64,000 bases of DNA. Origin: an uncultured Clostridia bacterium. Its GTDB lineage: Bacteria > Bacillota > Clostridia > TANB77 > CAG-508. The position numbers and the translations under genes were made by a program. Below are positions 35,226 to 45,345 of the stretch, piece after piece. How positions within the stretch are numbered: the first letter of the stretch is position 1; each line of letters opens with the position of its first letter. Below the pieces are notes generated by a model that did no database searches, was not told where the DNA came from, and saw nothing but the letters and a program-made list of their open reading frames with translations. The DNA is taken from positions 3,501 through 67,500 of the forward strand of contig CALXJU010000003.1 in assembly GCA_944388705.1 (NCBI GenBank), given 5' to 3'.

Positions 35226-36400
35226 TATTCAGAAATAGGTTTAGAAACATCTGAATCTGTAACATTACCAAATTCATAATAGTAATTTTCAATATCTTTA
35301 TTTCCAAGATTGTCTTGATAAACTTTTTGTAATGGCAGATAAGTATTCTTATCTAAATAAAGTTGAGAAAGACCATATTTAATAACATAACATTTAGTTC
35401 CATTATATATATCTTCATCAATACTAACATTAAATGATAAAAAAAATGTTCTCCAAAAAGTTACGGTTGTATCATAAAAAAATTGATTAGTAAAAACAAT
35501 ATTAGAATTGTGACTAATAGAAGAGTTAAAATCTTCACCACTAAATTTAGAAACAGTATTATCTTTTAAATAGTATGCAAAACCTTCTTTATTATTTAAA
35601 TCAAAGTAATTAATAAGTTTATCAGTTTTATATAAAATAATACCATCTTTACGCCATCTTTCTGAACTGCTAGAATAATTTGAAGATGTTCTAGTTTCTT
35701 TATAATAATAATTTTCACAATTAGATAATTCGTTCATTTTCTTTGAGTAATTAATTAAAATAACAGTTTTTCTGCCAATTACAAAAACAAAAACAAATAC
35801 GGCTATAATTAATATAAAAATTAAAATCTTTTTTAAATGGAACTTTTTCCAAAAACTATTTTTTATAGGCTTAGGTTGTTTTAAATTTTCATTTAGCTCT
35901 TTAACTTGATGTTTATTATAAAATATAATACCAGCAACAATTGTAATATAAATTAATATAAAAGAAACTGATATTATAAGAGCTACACTCATAAACAGGT
36001 CAAATCTATCAAAATGTGTATTTCCAACAAATTTATTGATTATAACCACAAATTCTGTCCAAATAATACTATATAATAAATATCCAAATATAAAGAAAAG
36101 TATATATTTTACAATAGAAAGTTCTTTAACTGAACGGAATAGACCAATCAAAGTACCTATACATGCAGATATTATAAATAAGTTTATATAAGTATTTAGC
36201 ATATAGATTATGCTATTATTTAAATTTATATGATTTTCTTTAGGAGATATAGTATTTTCTGAAATATATAAATCAGAATTTTCTTGAAAAATTTTAATAA
36301 GTTCTATTCTATAAGACTTGTAAATGAGAGTATAACTTAAAGTTAAAACAAGAAAAATTATAGAAATAGAAACAAAAATATTTTTTAAAGTATTTTTCAT
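35225..36400 (-). CDS. Polytopic membrane protein of unknown function with an extracytoplasmic C-terminal domain
   Basis: About 6 predicted TM segments. It is translationally coupled to the upstream LytTR gene (1-nt gap). Confidence 0.5.
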   Translation of the reverse strand: MKNTLKNIFVSISIIFLVLTLSYTLIYKSYRIELIKIFQENSDLYISENTISPKENHINLNNSIIYMLNTYINLFIISACIGTLIGLFRSVKELSIVKYILFFIFGYLLYSIIWTEFVVIINKFVGNTHFDRFDLFMSVALIISVSFILIYITIVAGIIFYNKHQVKELNENLKQPKPIKNSFWKKFHLKKILIFILIIAVFVFVFVIGRKTVILINYSKKMNELSNCENYYYKETRTSSNYSSSSERWRKDGIILYKTDKLINYFDLNNKEGFAYYLKDNTVSKFSGEDFNSSISHNSNIVFTNQFFYDTTVTFWRTFFLSFNVSIDEDIYNGTKCYVIKYGLSQLYLDKNTYLPLQKVYQDNLGNKDIENYYYEFGNVTDSDVSKPISE

Positions 36401-36401
36401 G

Positions 36402-36869
36402 TTAATTCCCCCTTTCTCTTAAAAACTTCATAATACTTGAAATTTTTCTTTTAGAAACATATTCGATAGAGCCATCTACAAATTTAATTATAATATTTCC
36501 TATTTTGCTTAAGTCAAAACTTTCTATATGCTCCACATTAGCAATACAAGAATTAGAAATTCTAATAAAAGATTTTTGAGGCAGACTTTCTTCAAGTTCA
36601 TACAATTTTTTCTTTATACGAAACTCACCATTTTTAGTTTTACAATAATTATTTTGTTCACGACTATAAAAACAGATAATATCTTGAATATTCAAAATAG
36701 ATAAACTATTATCTTTAGAGCCAACAATTGTATCTATATTGTCAGAAATAGATTGAATACTTTGAATTATTTTATTCAAATATTCTGAATTATTTGAAGC
36801 ATTTATAATAACTTCAATTTCATCATCTTTTAAATTATTATTTATATTAGTATTTATATTTATTTTCAT
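36402..36869 (-). CDS. LytTR-family DNA-binding protein (no receiver domain)
   Basis: The C-terminal ICFYSREQNNYCKTKNGEFRIKKKLYELEESLPQKSFIRISNSCIANVEHIESFD is a LytTR domain. Confidence 0.75.
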   Translation of the reverse strand: MKININTNINNNLKDDEIEVIINASNNSEYLNKIIQSIQSISDNIDTIVGSKDNSLSILNIQDIICFYSREQNNYCKTKNGEFRIKKKLYELEESLPQKSFIRISNSCIANVEHIESFDLSKIGNIIIKFVDGSIEYVSKRKISSIMKFLRERGN

Positions 36870-36981
36870 CAGTTACCCCCTTTATATCATTATACAATAA
36901 GAGTTAGAAAAAAACAGGATAACTTTAAATATTTAAGATAAATGTACAGTTTTTTAAAATAAACGTAAAATTAATGAAAAT

Positions 36982-37008
36982 TTCACATAAAGTTCACAAA
37001 TATATAAT
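36982..37008 (+). promoter_or_regulatory. Direct repeats TTCACA-N5-TTCACA abutting a TATAAT box (candidate LytTR operator/promoter)
   Basis: TTCACA at 36982 and 36993 (11-bp period), and TATAAT at 37003. It lies in the divergent region between the LytTR gene and the ABC gene. Confidence 0.3.
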
Positions 37009-37042
37009 AAAATACAAAAGACTTTAAATTAGGGAGGAAAAA

Positions 37043-39646
37043 ATGTTACAATTAAAAAATATAACCAAAAACTATTTATCAGGGGAAAATGAAGTAAAAG
37101 CATTAAAAGGAATAGATATAGAATTCAGAGAAAGTGAATTTGTATCAATATTGGGGCAAAGTGGTTGTGGAAAAACTACATTATTAAATATAATTGGAGG
37201 ATTAGATAGATATACAACAGGAGATTTAATAATAAATGGAAAATCAACTAAGGAATTTAAAGATAAAGATTGGGATACATATAGAAATCATTCAATAGGT
37301 TTTGTATTTCAAAGTTATAATTTAATACCACATCAAACAGTATTGTCAAATGTAGAATTAGCACTAACAATATCAGGAGTAAGTAAAGAAGAAAGAAGAA
37401 AAAGAGCAATAGAAGCACTAGAAAAAGTAGGATTAGGAGACCAAATAAATAAAAAGCCTAACCAAATGTCAGGTGGACAGATGCAAAGAGTTGCGATTGC
37501 AAGAGCATTAGTAAATGACCCTGATATACTTTTAGCAGATGAGCCAACAGGAGCATTAGATTCATCTACAAGTGTGCAAGTAATGGAAATCTTAAAAGAG
37601 ATTTCAAAAGATAGACTAATAATAATGGTAACACATAATCCAGAACTTGCAGAAAAATATTCAACAAGAATAATAAAATTATTAGATGGAAAAGTAACAG
37701 ATGACTCAAATCCATATCATGCAACTGAAAAAGAAGTAGAAAAAGCACACAACAAAAAAGAAAAAACTGGAAAAGCTTCAATGAAGTTCAAAACAGCAGT
37801 ACATCTAAGTTTAAATAATTTGATGACTAAAAAAGGAAGAACATTTTTGACATCATTTGCAGGAAGTATAGGAATAATAGGAATTGCATTAATATTATCA
37901 TTATCACATGGAATGCAAAGCTATATAAACAGAGTAGAAGAAGATACATTATCATCATATCCAATAACAATTCAAGAAGCAACAATAGATATGTCAAGTC
38001 TAATGGAATCGATGATGGGCAGTGATGAAAAAATTGAACATCAAGAAGGAAAAATATATTCTAGAGAAATAGTAAATAATATATTAGAAACTGTATCAAC
38101 AAAAATACAAACAAATAACTTGGAAGAATTCAAAAAATTTATAGAAAATGATACAGGAATGAAAGAAAATATAAACTCAGTGCAATATAGCTATAATTTA
38201 GATTTAAACATATATACACAAGATGATGAAGGAAACATACAACAAGTAAACCCAAGTATTGTATTTGATAAATTAGGGTTTGGAGATATGATTCAGGCTC
38301 AGCAAGAATCAAGTTCAATGATGTCAAGTGGAATGATGATGACAGAAACTAATGTATGGACAGAAATGTTAGATAATCAAGAACTACTTGAATCACAATA
38401 TGATGTATTAGCAGGTCAATGGCCAACAAATTATAATGAAGTTGTATTAATAGTAGATGAAAATAATGAAATAAGTGATTACACATTATATTCTTTAGGA
38501 CTAAAAGATGTAAATGAATTAAGTGATGCAATGGAAAAAATAGAAAATGGAGAAGAAGTAAAAACAAGTGAGGGAGAAGAAAGTTTCACATATGATGAGA
38601 TTTTAAATCATAAATTTAAAGTTTTATTAAACACAGACTATTATCAAAAAGTAGGTAACACATGGCAAGATATGTCTGATGATGAAGAATATATGAAAGA
38701 AATTGTAAAAAATGCAGAAGAAATAAAAATAGTTGGAATAATAAAACCAAATGGAGAAACAGTTTCATCTTCAGGAGCAGGACTTGTTGGATATAACAAA
38801 CAATTAAAAGAATATGTTATAAACAAAATAAATGAAGCAGAAATTGTAAAAGAACAAAAAGCAAATCCAGAAATAAATGTATTTACAGGTACAGCATTTC
38901 CAGAAGATACTGATAGTACATTTGATTATTCACAATTAACAGATGAACAAAGAGCATATATGGCTTCACTTTCAGAAGAAGAATTAGCAGAAATGTTACA
39001 AACATATACAGAAAATGCACAAGCAACATATGACTCAAATTTAACAAAATTAGGTGTAGTGGATTTAAATAAACCAAGTGCAATAAATATATATCCTAAA
39101 GATTTTAAAGCAAAAGATAATATTGCAAATATCATAACAGATTATAATAATAAACAAAATTCAGAAGGAAAAGAGGAAAATGTCATAAATTATACAGATG
39201 TTGTTGGAATTATGATGGATTCAGTATCAACAATTATAGATGTAATAAGTTATGTATTAATTGCATTTGTAGGAATTTCTTTAGTAGTATCTTCTATAAT
39301 GATTGGAATAATAACATATATTTCTGTTCTTGAAAGAACTAAAGAAATAGGAATTCTTCGTAGTATAGGAGCATCTAAAAAAGATGTTTCAAGAGTATTT
39401 AACGCAGAAACTTTAATTGTAGGTCTTGTTGCAGGCTTACTTGGAATAGGTGTAACTTTATTAATAGATATACCAATTAATTTAGTTGTTAATTCAATGT
39501 TTGGAATTTCAACTATTGCAAAATTACCAGTAGGTGGAGCAATAATTTTAGTTGCTATTAGTGTTATTTTAACCATGGTTGCAGGTTTAATACCAGCAAA
39601 ATTTGCAGCAAAACGTGACCCAGTTGAAGCTCTAAGAACTGAATAG
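37043..39646 (+). CDS. MacB-type ABC transporter, fused ATPase + FtsX-like permease
   Basis: N-terminal GQSGCGKTT, MSGGQMQR and LLADEPTGALD motifs, a large extracytoplasmic domain, and a C-terminal FtsX 3-TM bundle (..ERTKEIGILRSIGASKKD..). Confidence 0.9.
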   Translation: MLQLKNITKNYLSGENEVKALKGIDIEFRESEFVSILGQSGCGKTTLLNIIGGLDRYTTGDLIINGKSTKEFKDKDWDTYRNHSIGFVFQSYNLIPHQTVLSNVELALTISGVSKEERRKRAIEALEKVGLGDQINKKPNQMSGGQMQRVAIARALVNDPDILLADEPTGALDSSTSVQVMEILKEISKDRLIIMVTHNPELAEKYSTRIIKLLDGKVTDDSNPYHATEKEVEKAHNKKEKTGKASMKFKTAVHLSLNNLMTKKGRTFLTSFAGSIGIIGIALILSLSHGMQSYINRVEEDTLSSYPITIQEATIDMSSLMESMMGSDEKIEHQEGKIYSREIVNNILETVSTKIQTNNLEEFKKFIENDTGMKENINSVQYSYNLDLNIYTQDDEGNIQQVNPSIVFDKLGFGDMIQAQQESSSMMSSGMMMTETNVWTEMLDNQELLESQYDVLAGQWPTNYNEVVLIVDENNEISDYTLYSLGLKDVNELSDAMEKIENGEEVKTSEGEESFTYDEILNHKFKVLLNTDYYQKVGNTWQDMSDDEEYMKEIVKNAEEIKIVGIIKPNGETVSSSGAGLVGYNKQLKEYVINKINEAEIVKEQKANPEINVFTGTAFPEDTDSTFDYSQLTDEQRAYMASLSEEELAEMLQTYTENAQATYDSNLTKLGVVDLNKPSAINIYPKDFKAKDNIANIITDYNNKQNSEGKEENVINYTDVVGIMMDSVSTIIDVISYVLIAFVGISLVVSSIMIGIITYISVLERTKEIGILRSIGASKKDVSRVFNAETLIVGLVAGLLGIGVTLLIDIPINLVVNSMFGISTIAKLPVGGAIILVAISVILTMVAGLIPAKFAAKRDPVEALRTE

Positions 39647-39706
39647 TTGCCAATCGATAAAGCTTAATATTATATAATTGATATAAATAATAATTAAAAA
39701 CATTAC

Positions 39707-39838
39707 AGCATTTTGGATAAGCTAAACTTTCGCAGAAATTATAAGAAAAAACGATGAGCCTCTTTCAATGTGAAATTGAACATCCCTCATCGTTTTTTTC
39801 TTTAATTTCTAACTTCAAGTTTAGATACACAAAATGCT
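39707..39838. other. 132-nt rod-like imperfect hairpin (five stacked helices) enclosing a terminator
   Basis: Helices: AGCATTTTG/CAAAATGCT, CTAAACTT/AAGTTTAG, AGAAATTA/TAATTTCT, AAAAAACGATGAG/CTCATCGTTTTTT, TTCAAT/ATTGAA. Confidence 0.6.
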
Positions 39839-40028
39839 TTCATTTATTTTAATTATATTTATATCAATTAAAAAATAAAGAGTAATTCGATTGTAAAAAA
39901 TTCACACTAAATTCACAAAAGAATTGTATAATAAAAATGTCGAAAAAAATCGAATGGTATAACTTGAAAAAAATTTGCATATATGATATATTAGCCATTA
40001 TGAATTGAATTATAATAGGAGAGATTAT

Positions 40029-43000
40029 ATGAATAAGGTAATACATATAGGAATGGATGTGGGTTCAACCACAGTAAAAATAGCAGTAATGAATGAAAAA
40101 TTAGAAGAGATATATACATCTTATGAAAGACATTATTCAGATACAAAAAATACAGTATGTAAAGTATTAGAAGAATTAGTAGAAAAATATAAAAACAATG
40201 AATTTACAATAGCATTAACAGGTTCAGGAGCAATGAGTACAGCCCAATTTTTAGATGTACCATTTATTCAAGAAGTAGTAGCATGTAAAAGAGCAGTAGA
40301 AAAATATATACCACAAACAGATGTAGTAATAGAATTAGGTGGAGAAGATGCAAAAATAATTTATTTTGGAAGGTCAATAGAACAACGTATGAATGGAACA
40401 TGTGCAGGAGGAACAGGAGCATTTCTAGACCAAATGGCATCATTATTAAATACAGACACAGCAGGATTAAATGAATTAGCAAAAGGATATCAAACAATAT
40501 ATCCAATAGCATCACGTTGTGGAGTATTTGCAAAAACAGATGTACAACCATTATTAAATGAAGGTGCAGCAAAAGAAGATATAGCTGTATCTATTTTGCA
40601 AGCAGTCGTAAATCAAACAATATCAGGATTAGCATGTGGTAGACCAATAAGAGGAAATGTAGCATTTTTAGGAGGACCATTAACATATTTGCCAGAATTA
40701 AGAAAAAGATTTGTAGAAACATTACACTTAACACCTGAACAAACAATAGTACCAGAAGAAGCACATTTGTTAGTTGCAAAAGGAGCATGTTTAGATGCAA
40801 AAGACATGACACCTATAAGTGTAGAAAAACTAAAAAGTAAAATACAGGTATTAAGAGCTTCAAGAGATATGACAACACAACCATTAAAGCCATTATTTAC
40901 TACAAATGTAGAATATCAAGAATTTAAAGAAAGACATGCAAAAGCACAAGTTCCAAAAAAACCATTATCAGAACATAAAGGAGATTGTTTCATAGGAATA
41001 GATGCAGGTTCAACAACTTCAAAACTTGTAGTAACAGACAGAGATGGAACATTATTATATTCATCATATAAAAGTAATGAAGGAAAACCATTAGACAGTA
41101 TAATTGAGATGTTAAAAGAATTATATGCAGTTTTACCTAAAGAAGCAATAATAAGATATAGTGGAGTAACAGGATATGGAGAAAAATTAATACAAACAGC
41201 ATTAAATGTAGACCTAAATGAAATAGAAACAATAGCACATTATACAGCAGCCAAAAAATTTGAACCAAAAGTAACAAGTATAGTTGACATTGGTGGGCAA
41301 GACATGAAATACATAAAACTAAAAAATAATACAATAGACAATATCATGTTAAATGAAGCATGTTCATCAGGTTGTGGTTCATTTATAGAAACATTTGCAA
41401 AAAGTTTAAATTTAAGTATAGAAGAATTTGTAAATGAAGCATTAAGTGCAATAAATCCAGTAGACTTAGGCTCAAGATGTACTGTATTTATGAATTCAAA
41501 AATAAAACAAGCACAAAAAGAAGGATATTCAGTAGGTGATATTTCAGCAGGATTATCATATTCAGTAATAAAAAATGCAATACAAAAAGTAATGAAAATA
41601 AGAGATGTAAAAAAATTAGGAAGCCATATAGTTGTACAAGGTGGAACATTTTATAATGAAGCAGTATTAAGAGCATTTGAATTAATAGTTGGAAGAAATG
41701 TAATAAGACCAGATATTGCAGGATTAATGGGTGCTTATGGAATGGCTCTTTTAGCATGTGAGCAATATGAAGCAAATATGGATATGGAATATAAATCTAC
41801 AATATCTACAATAGAACAAATTAATAAATTAGATATAAAAGTTAGTCATACAAGATGTAATGGATGTGAAAATCATTGTCAATTAACAATAAACAAATTC
41901 AGCAATGGAAAAAGACATATATCAGGAAATAGGTGTGAAAAAGGTGAAGGAATAATAAGTAATGAAAAAGAACTTCCAAACCTTGTAAAATATAAATATG
42001 AAAGAATATTTAATTATACGCCATTAGAAGAAAAAGATGCTCCAAGAGGAACAATAGGAATACCAAGAGTATTAAACATGTATGAAGATTATCCATTCTG
42101 GTTCACACTACTTACAAACTTAGGATTTAGAGTAATAATTTCAGAAAAAAGTACAAGAAAAATATATGAAAAAGGTATGGAATCAATGCCATCAGAATCA
42201 GTATGTTATCCAGCAAAACTTTCACATGGACATGTAATAAGTTTATTACAAAAAGGAATAAAAACAATATTTTATCCATGCATGCCATATTCAAGAAAAG
42301 AATTTAAAGACAGTAATAACAGATATAATTGTCCAATAGTAATATCATATTCTGAGGTATTAAAAAATAATATAGAAGAATTGAAAGCAGAAGATGTAAA
42401 ATTCATAAATCCATTTTTACCATTTGAACAAAAACAATTAATGGAAAGAATGTTAGAATTAGATGAATTTAAAGAATATCATTTTACTAAAAAAGAATTA
42501 AAAAATGCAATAGCAAAAGCAGAAGAAGAATATCAAAAATGTAGACTAGATATTCATAATAAAGGAAAAGAAACACTTGAATATATTGAGAAAAACCATT
42601 TAAAAGGAATTGTGTTAGCAGGTAGACCATATCATGTAGACCCAGAAATAAATCATGGAATAGATACATTAATAACAAGTTTAGGAATGTGTGTATTAAC
42701 AGAAGATAGTGTTTCAGATAAAACACTTCCAGAAAGACCACTTCGTGTAGTTGACCAATGGGTATTTCATTCAAGACTTTATGCAGCAGCAGATTTCGTA
42801 GGAAGACATGATAATTTAGAACTAGTTCAAATAAATTCATTTGGTTGTGGTGTTGATGCAGTAACAACAGACCAAGTAGAAGAAATTTTAACAAGTTTCG
42901 GAAAAATGTATACATTAATTAAAATTGATGAAGTAAACAACTTAGGAGCAGTAAGAATACGTTTACGTTCATTACTTGCAAGTATAAATAAACGTTTAAA

Positions 43001-44339
43001 TGCAAAAGTTACAGAAAAGCCAAGTGGAGATTATCATTTGAATAGAATAGCATTTACAGAAGAAATGAAAAAAGATTATACAATATTAATACCACAAATG
43101 GCACCAATACATTTTGAATTTATTGAACCTATATTACAAAGTGAAGGATACAAAGCAAAATTATTAAGAGAATGTACACAACATACAATAGAAACAGGAT
43201 TAAAATATGTAAATAATGATGCATGTTATCCATCAATAATAACAACAGGTCAAATGCTTGAGGCACTTGAGTCAGGAGAATATGATGTAAATAAAACAGC
43301 ATTAATAATGTCTCAAACAGGTGGAGGATGTAGAGCAACAAATTACATAGGATTTATACGTAAAGCATTAAAAGATGCAGGGTTTGAACAAGTACCAGTA
43401 ATATCATTTAATGTTGTAGGAATGGAAAAAAATCCGGGATTTAAATTAACATTATCATTAGTAGAAAAACTTTTAAAAGGAATTATATATGCAGATTTAT
43501 TACAAAAAATGTTATATAAAAATAGACCATATGAAGTAAATAAAGGTGAAACACAAAAATTATTTGCTCAATGGATGGAAAAAGCAAAAAAACTTGCAAT
43601 AAAAAGTAAAATGAAAGAATTTTCTCAAAGTATTTACCAAATAGTAGATGATTTCGAAAAAATCAAACTAGATACAAGTAAAGAAAAACCAAAAGTAGGA
43701 ATAGTAGGAGAAATTTTAATAAAATATCACCCATTTGGAAATAATTTTGTAGCAAACTTATTAGAAAAAGAAGGAGCAGAAGTAATTTTACCAGACTTCA
43801 TGGGATTTATAAAATTCATAGCAAGTAATAAAGTAATATCAAATCAGATGTTAAAAAATGATAATAAAAAAGCATTTATATTTGATATGGCAATAAAATT
43901 AATAGAAAGTTTTGAAAAAGACTCTAGAAAAGCTTTAGCAAAATCAAAAAAAGGATATTTACCACCATCAGACATCTGGCATTTAGCTGATAATGTAAAA
44001 TCAGTATTATCAACAGGAAATCAAACAGGAGAAGGATGGTTCTTAACTGCAGAAATGCTTGAATATATGGAACATGATATTCCAAACATAGTTTGTGTTC
44101 AACCATTTGCATGTTTACCAAACCATGTTGTTGGAAAAGGTGTAATAAAAACTATTAGAGATAAATTCCCAGAAGCAAATATTGTACCTGTTGATTATGA
44201 CCCAGGTGCAAGTGAGGCAAATCAAACAAATAGAATTAAACTTCTTATGACTGTTGCTAAAGATAATTTAAAAATGAAACAAAAAGAGAAAAAAGCATTA
44301 GAAAAAGAAAATAAGAAAAAAGAAACTTCACATGTTTAG
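40029..44339 (+). CDS. Acyl-CoA dehydratase activase-related fusion protein (2x BcrAD/BadFG ATPase + HgdB/D-like domains)
   Basis: Two IGxDxGSTTxK actin-fold ATPase N-termini (IGMDVGSTTVK, IGIDAGSTTSK) with Cys clusters (CNGCENHC). The size is typical of this fusion family. ATG at 40029 with a GGAGAG RBS. Confidence 0.8.
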   Translation: MNKVIHIGMDVGSTTVKIAVMNEKLEEIYTSYERHYSDTKNTVCKVLEELVEKYKNNEFTIALTGSGAMSTAQFLDVPFIQEVVACKRAVEKYIPQTDVVIELGGEDAKIIYFGRSIEQRMNGTCAGGTGAFLDQMASLLNTDTAGLNELAKGYQTIYPIASRCGVFAKTDVQPLLNEGAAKEDIAVSILQAVVNQTISGLACGRPIRGNVAFLGGPLTYLPELRKRFVETLHLTPEQTIVPEEAHLLVAKGACLDAKDMTPISVEKLKSKIQVLRASRDMTTQPLKPLFTTNVEYQEFKERHAKAQVPKKPLSEHKGDCFIGIDAGSTTSKLVVTDRDGTLLYSSYKSNEGKPLDSIIEMLKELYAVLPKEAIIRYSGVTGYGEKLIQTALNVDLNEIETIAHYTAAKKFEPKVTSIVDIGGQDMKYIKLKNNTIDNIMLNEACSSGCGSFIETFAKSLNLSIEEFVNEALSAINPVDLGSRCTVFMNSKIKQAQKEGYSVGDISAGLSYSVIKNAIQKVMKIRDVKKLGSHIVVQGGTFYNEAVLRAFELIVGRNVIRPDIAGLMGAYGMALLACEQYEANMDMEYKSTISTIEQINKLDIKVSHTRCNGCENHCQLTINKFSNGKRHISGNRCEKGEGIISNEKELPNLVKYKYERIFNYTPLEEKDAPRGTIGIPRVLNMYEDYPFWFTLLTNLGFRVIISEKSTRKIYEKGMESMPSESVCYPAKLSHGHVISLLQKGIKTIFYPCMPYSRKEFKDSNNRYNCPIVISYSEVLKNNIEELKAEDVKFINPFLPFEQKQLMERMLELDEFKEYHFTKKELKNAIAKAEEEYQKCRLDIHNKGKETLEYIEKNHLKGIVLAGRPYHVDPEINHGIDTLITSLGMCVLTEDSVSDKTLPERPLRVVDQWVFHSRLYAAADFVGRHDNLELVQINSFGCGVDAVTTDQVEEILTSFGKMYTLIKIDEVNNLGAVRIRLRSLLASINKRLNAKVTEKPSGDYHLNRIAFTEEMKKDYTILIPQMAPIHFEFIEPILQSEGYKAKLLRECTQHTIETGLKYVNNDACYPSIITTGQMLEALESGEYDVNKTALIMSQTGGGCRATNYIGFIRKALKDAGFEQVPVISFNVVGMEKNPGFKLTLSLVEKLLKGIIYADLLQKMLYKNRPYEVNKGETQKLFAQWMEKAKKLAIKSKMKEFSQSIYQIVDDFEKIKLDTSKEKPKVGIVGEILIKYHPFGNNFVANLLEKEGAEVILPDFMGFIKFIASNKVISNQMLKNDNKKAFIFDMAIKLIESFEKDSRKALAKSKKGYLPPSDIWHLADNVKSVLSTGNQTGEGWFLTAEMLEYMEHDIPNIVCVQPFACLPNHVVGKGVIKTIRDKFPEANIVPVDYDPGASEANQTNRIKLLMTVAKDNLKMKQKEKKALEKENKKKETSHV

Positions 44340-44359
44340 TATCTAAATAGGGAGATATT

Positions 44360-45145
44360 ATGATAAGAGAAATTGAACAATATATAGCATTATTTTTTAT
44401 ATATTCATTTGCAGGATGGTTAATGGAAGTAATAAGAGTTTCAAAAAAAGAAAAGAAATTTGTGGATAGAGGATTTCTTATTGGTCCATATTGTCCAATA
44501 TATGGGTATGGAGTATTGTTAATAACAATACTCCTACGAAAATATACAGATGATATAATAGTTACATTTTTTATGTCATTGATTATATGTGGAATTCTAG
44601 AATATTTGACAAGTTATTTGATGGAAAAGATTTTCAAAGCTAGATGGTGGGATTATAGTGATAGAAAATTTAATATAAATGGTCGTATATGTTTAGAAAA
44701 CTTAATTCCATTTGGTATAGGTGGTTGTATAATTGTTTATATTATAAATCCTTTTTTACTTGGGATAATTGATTTTGTTCCAGATATAATTATGCATATT
44801 TTATTAACATTTCTTCTTATTGGCTATATTACAGACCTTATAGTTTCTTTAAAAATTATTTTGAATTTGAAGATTGTTAAAAAAGAATTAAAAGATAATA
44901 CTGATGAAATTTCAGAAAAGGTTAAGAAGATTATTTTAAGAAAATCTCGCTTATATAGAAGACTTGTTAATGCATTCCCTAGAATTAAAGATAATGTTAA
45001 ATTTTACAGTTGGGAAGAAATTAAAAAGAAATTGGATGAGTCTAAAAATGAGTGGAGAGCTAAATTTGATAATTCAAAAGCTGAAATTAGAGGTATTTTA
45101 GATAATTCAAAACAAAATTTTCAAAAATTGTATAAAAAGAAATAG
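44360..45145 (+). CDS. Membrane protein, putative ABC-transporter type IV (PF06541-like) family
   Basis: FFIYSFAGWLMEVI...GFLIGPYCPIYGYG N-terminal signature, multiple TMs, and a basic C-terminal tail. Confidence 0.55.
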   Translation: MIREIEQYIALFFIYSFAGWLMEVIRVSKKEKKFVDRGFLIGPYCPIYGYGVLLITILLRKYTDDIIVTFFMSLIICGILEYLTSYLMEKIFKARWWDYSDRKFNINGRICLENLIPFGIGGCIIVYIINPFLLGIIDFVPDIIMHILLTFLLIGYITDLIVSLKIILNLKIVKKELKDNTDEISEKVKKIILRKSRLYRRLVNAFPRIKDNVKFYSWEEIKKKLDESKNEWRAKFDNSKAEIRGILDNSKQNFQKLYKKK

Positions 45146-45150
45146 CATTA

Positions 45151-45335
45151 AAAAAGTAAAAATTTATTTGATATATTTTTTATTGATGATTTATAAAAAG
45201 TTTATATATTACTATTCCATGGTCAAAACATATTCTGGGTCTTCGTCGGGGGTCTTGACCTTATTTCATAGTAATATATAAACTTTTTTTAATATAATAA
45301 ATTTATAGAATATATCAAATAAATTTTTACTTTTT
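45151..45335. repeat. 185-bp long palindrome filling the convergent intergenic region
   Basis: Perfect arms of 27 bp (AAAAAGTAAAAATTTATTTGATATATT) and 22 bp (AAAAAGTTTATATATTACTAT), plus GGTCAA/TTGACC around a G+C-rich centre. Confidence 0.7.
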
Positions 45336-45345
45336 ATACATTAGA

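Noticed and set aside
40264-44121. Antisense ORFs inside the dehydratase/activase gene, and similar ones inside carB, the ABC genes, the MacB-type gene, dapA and asd
   Set aside because: This is the same compositional artefact. Each is nested in a gene with strong family motifs on the other strand.
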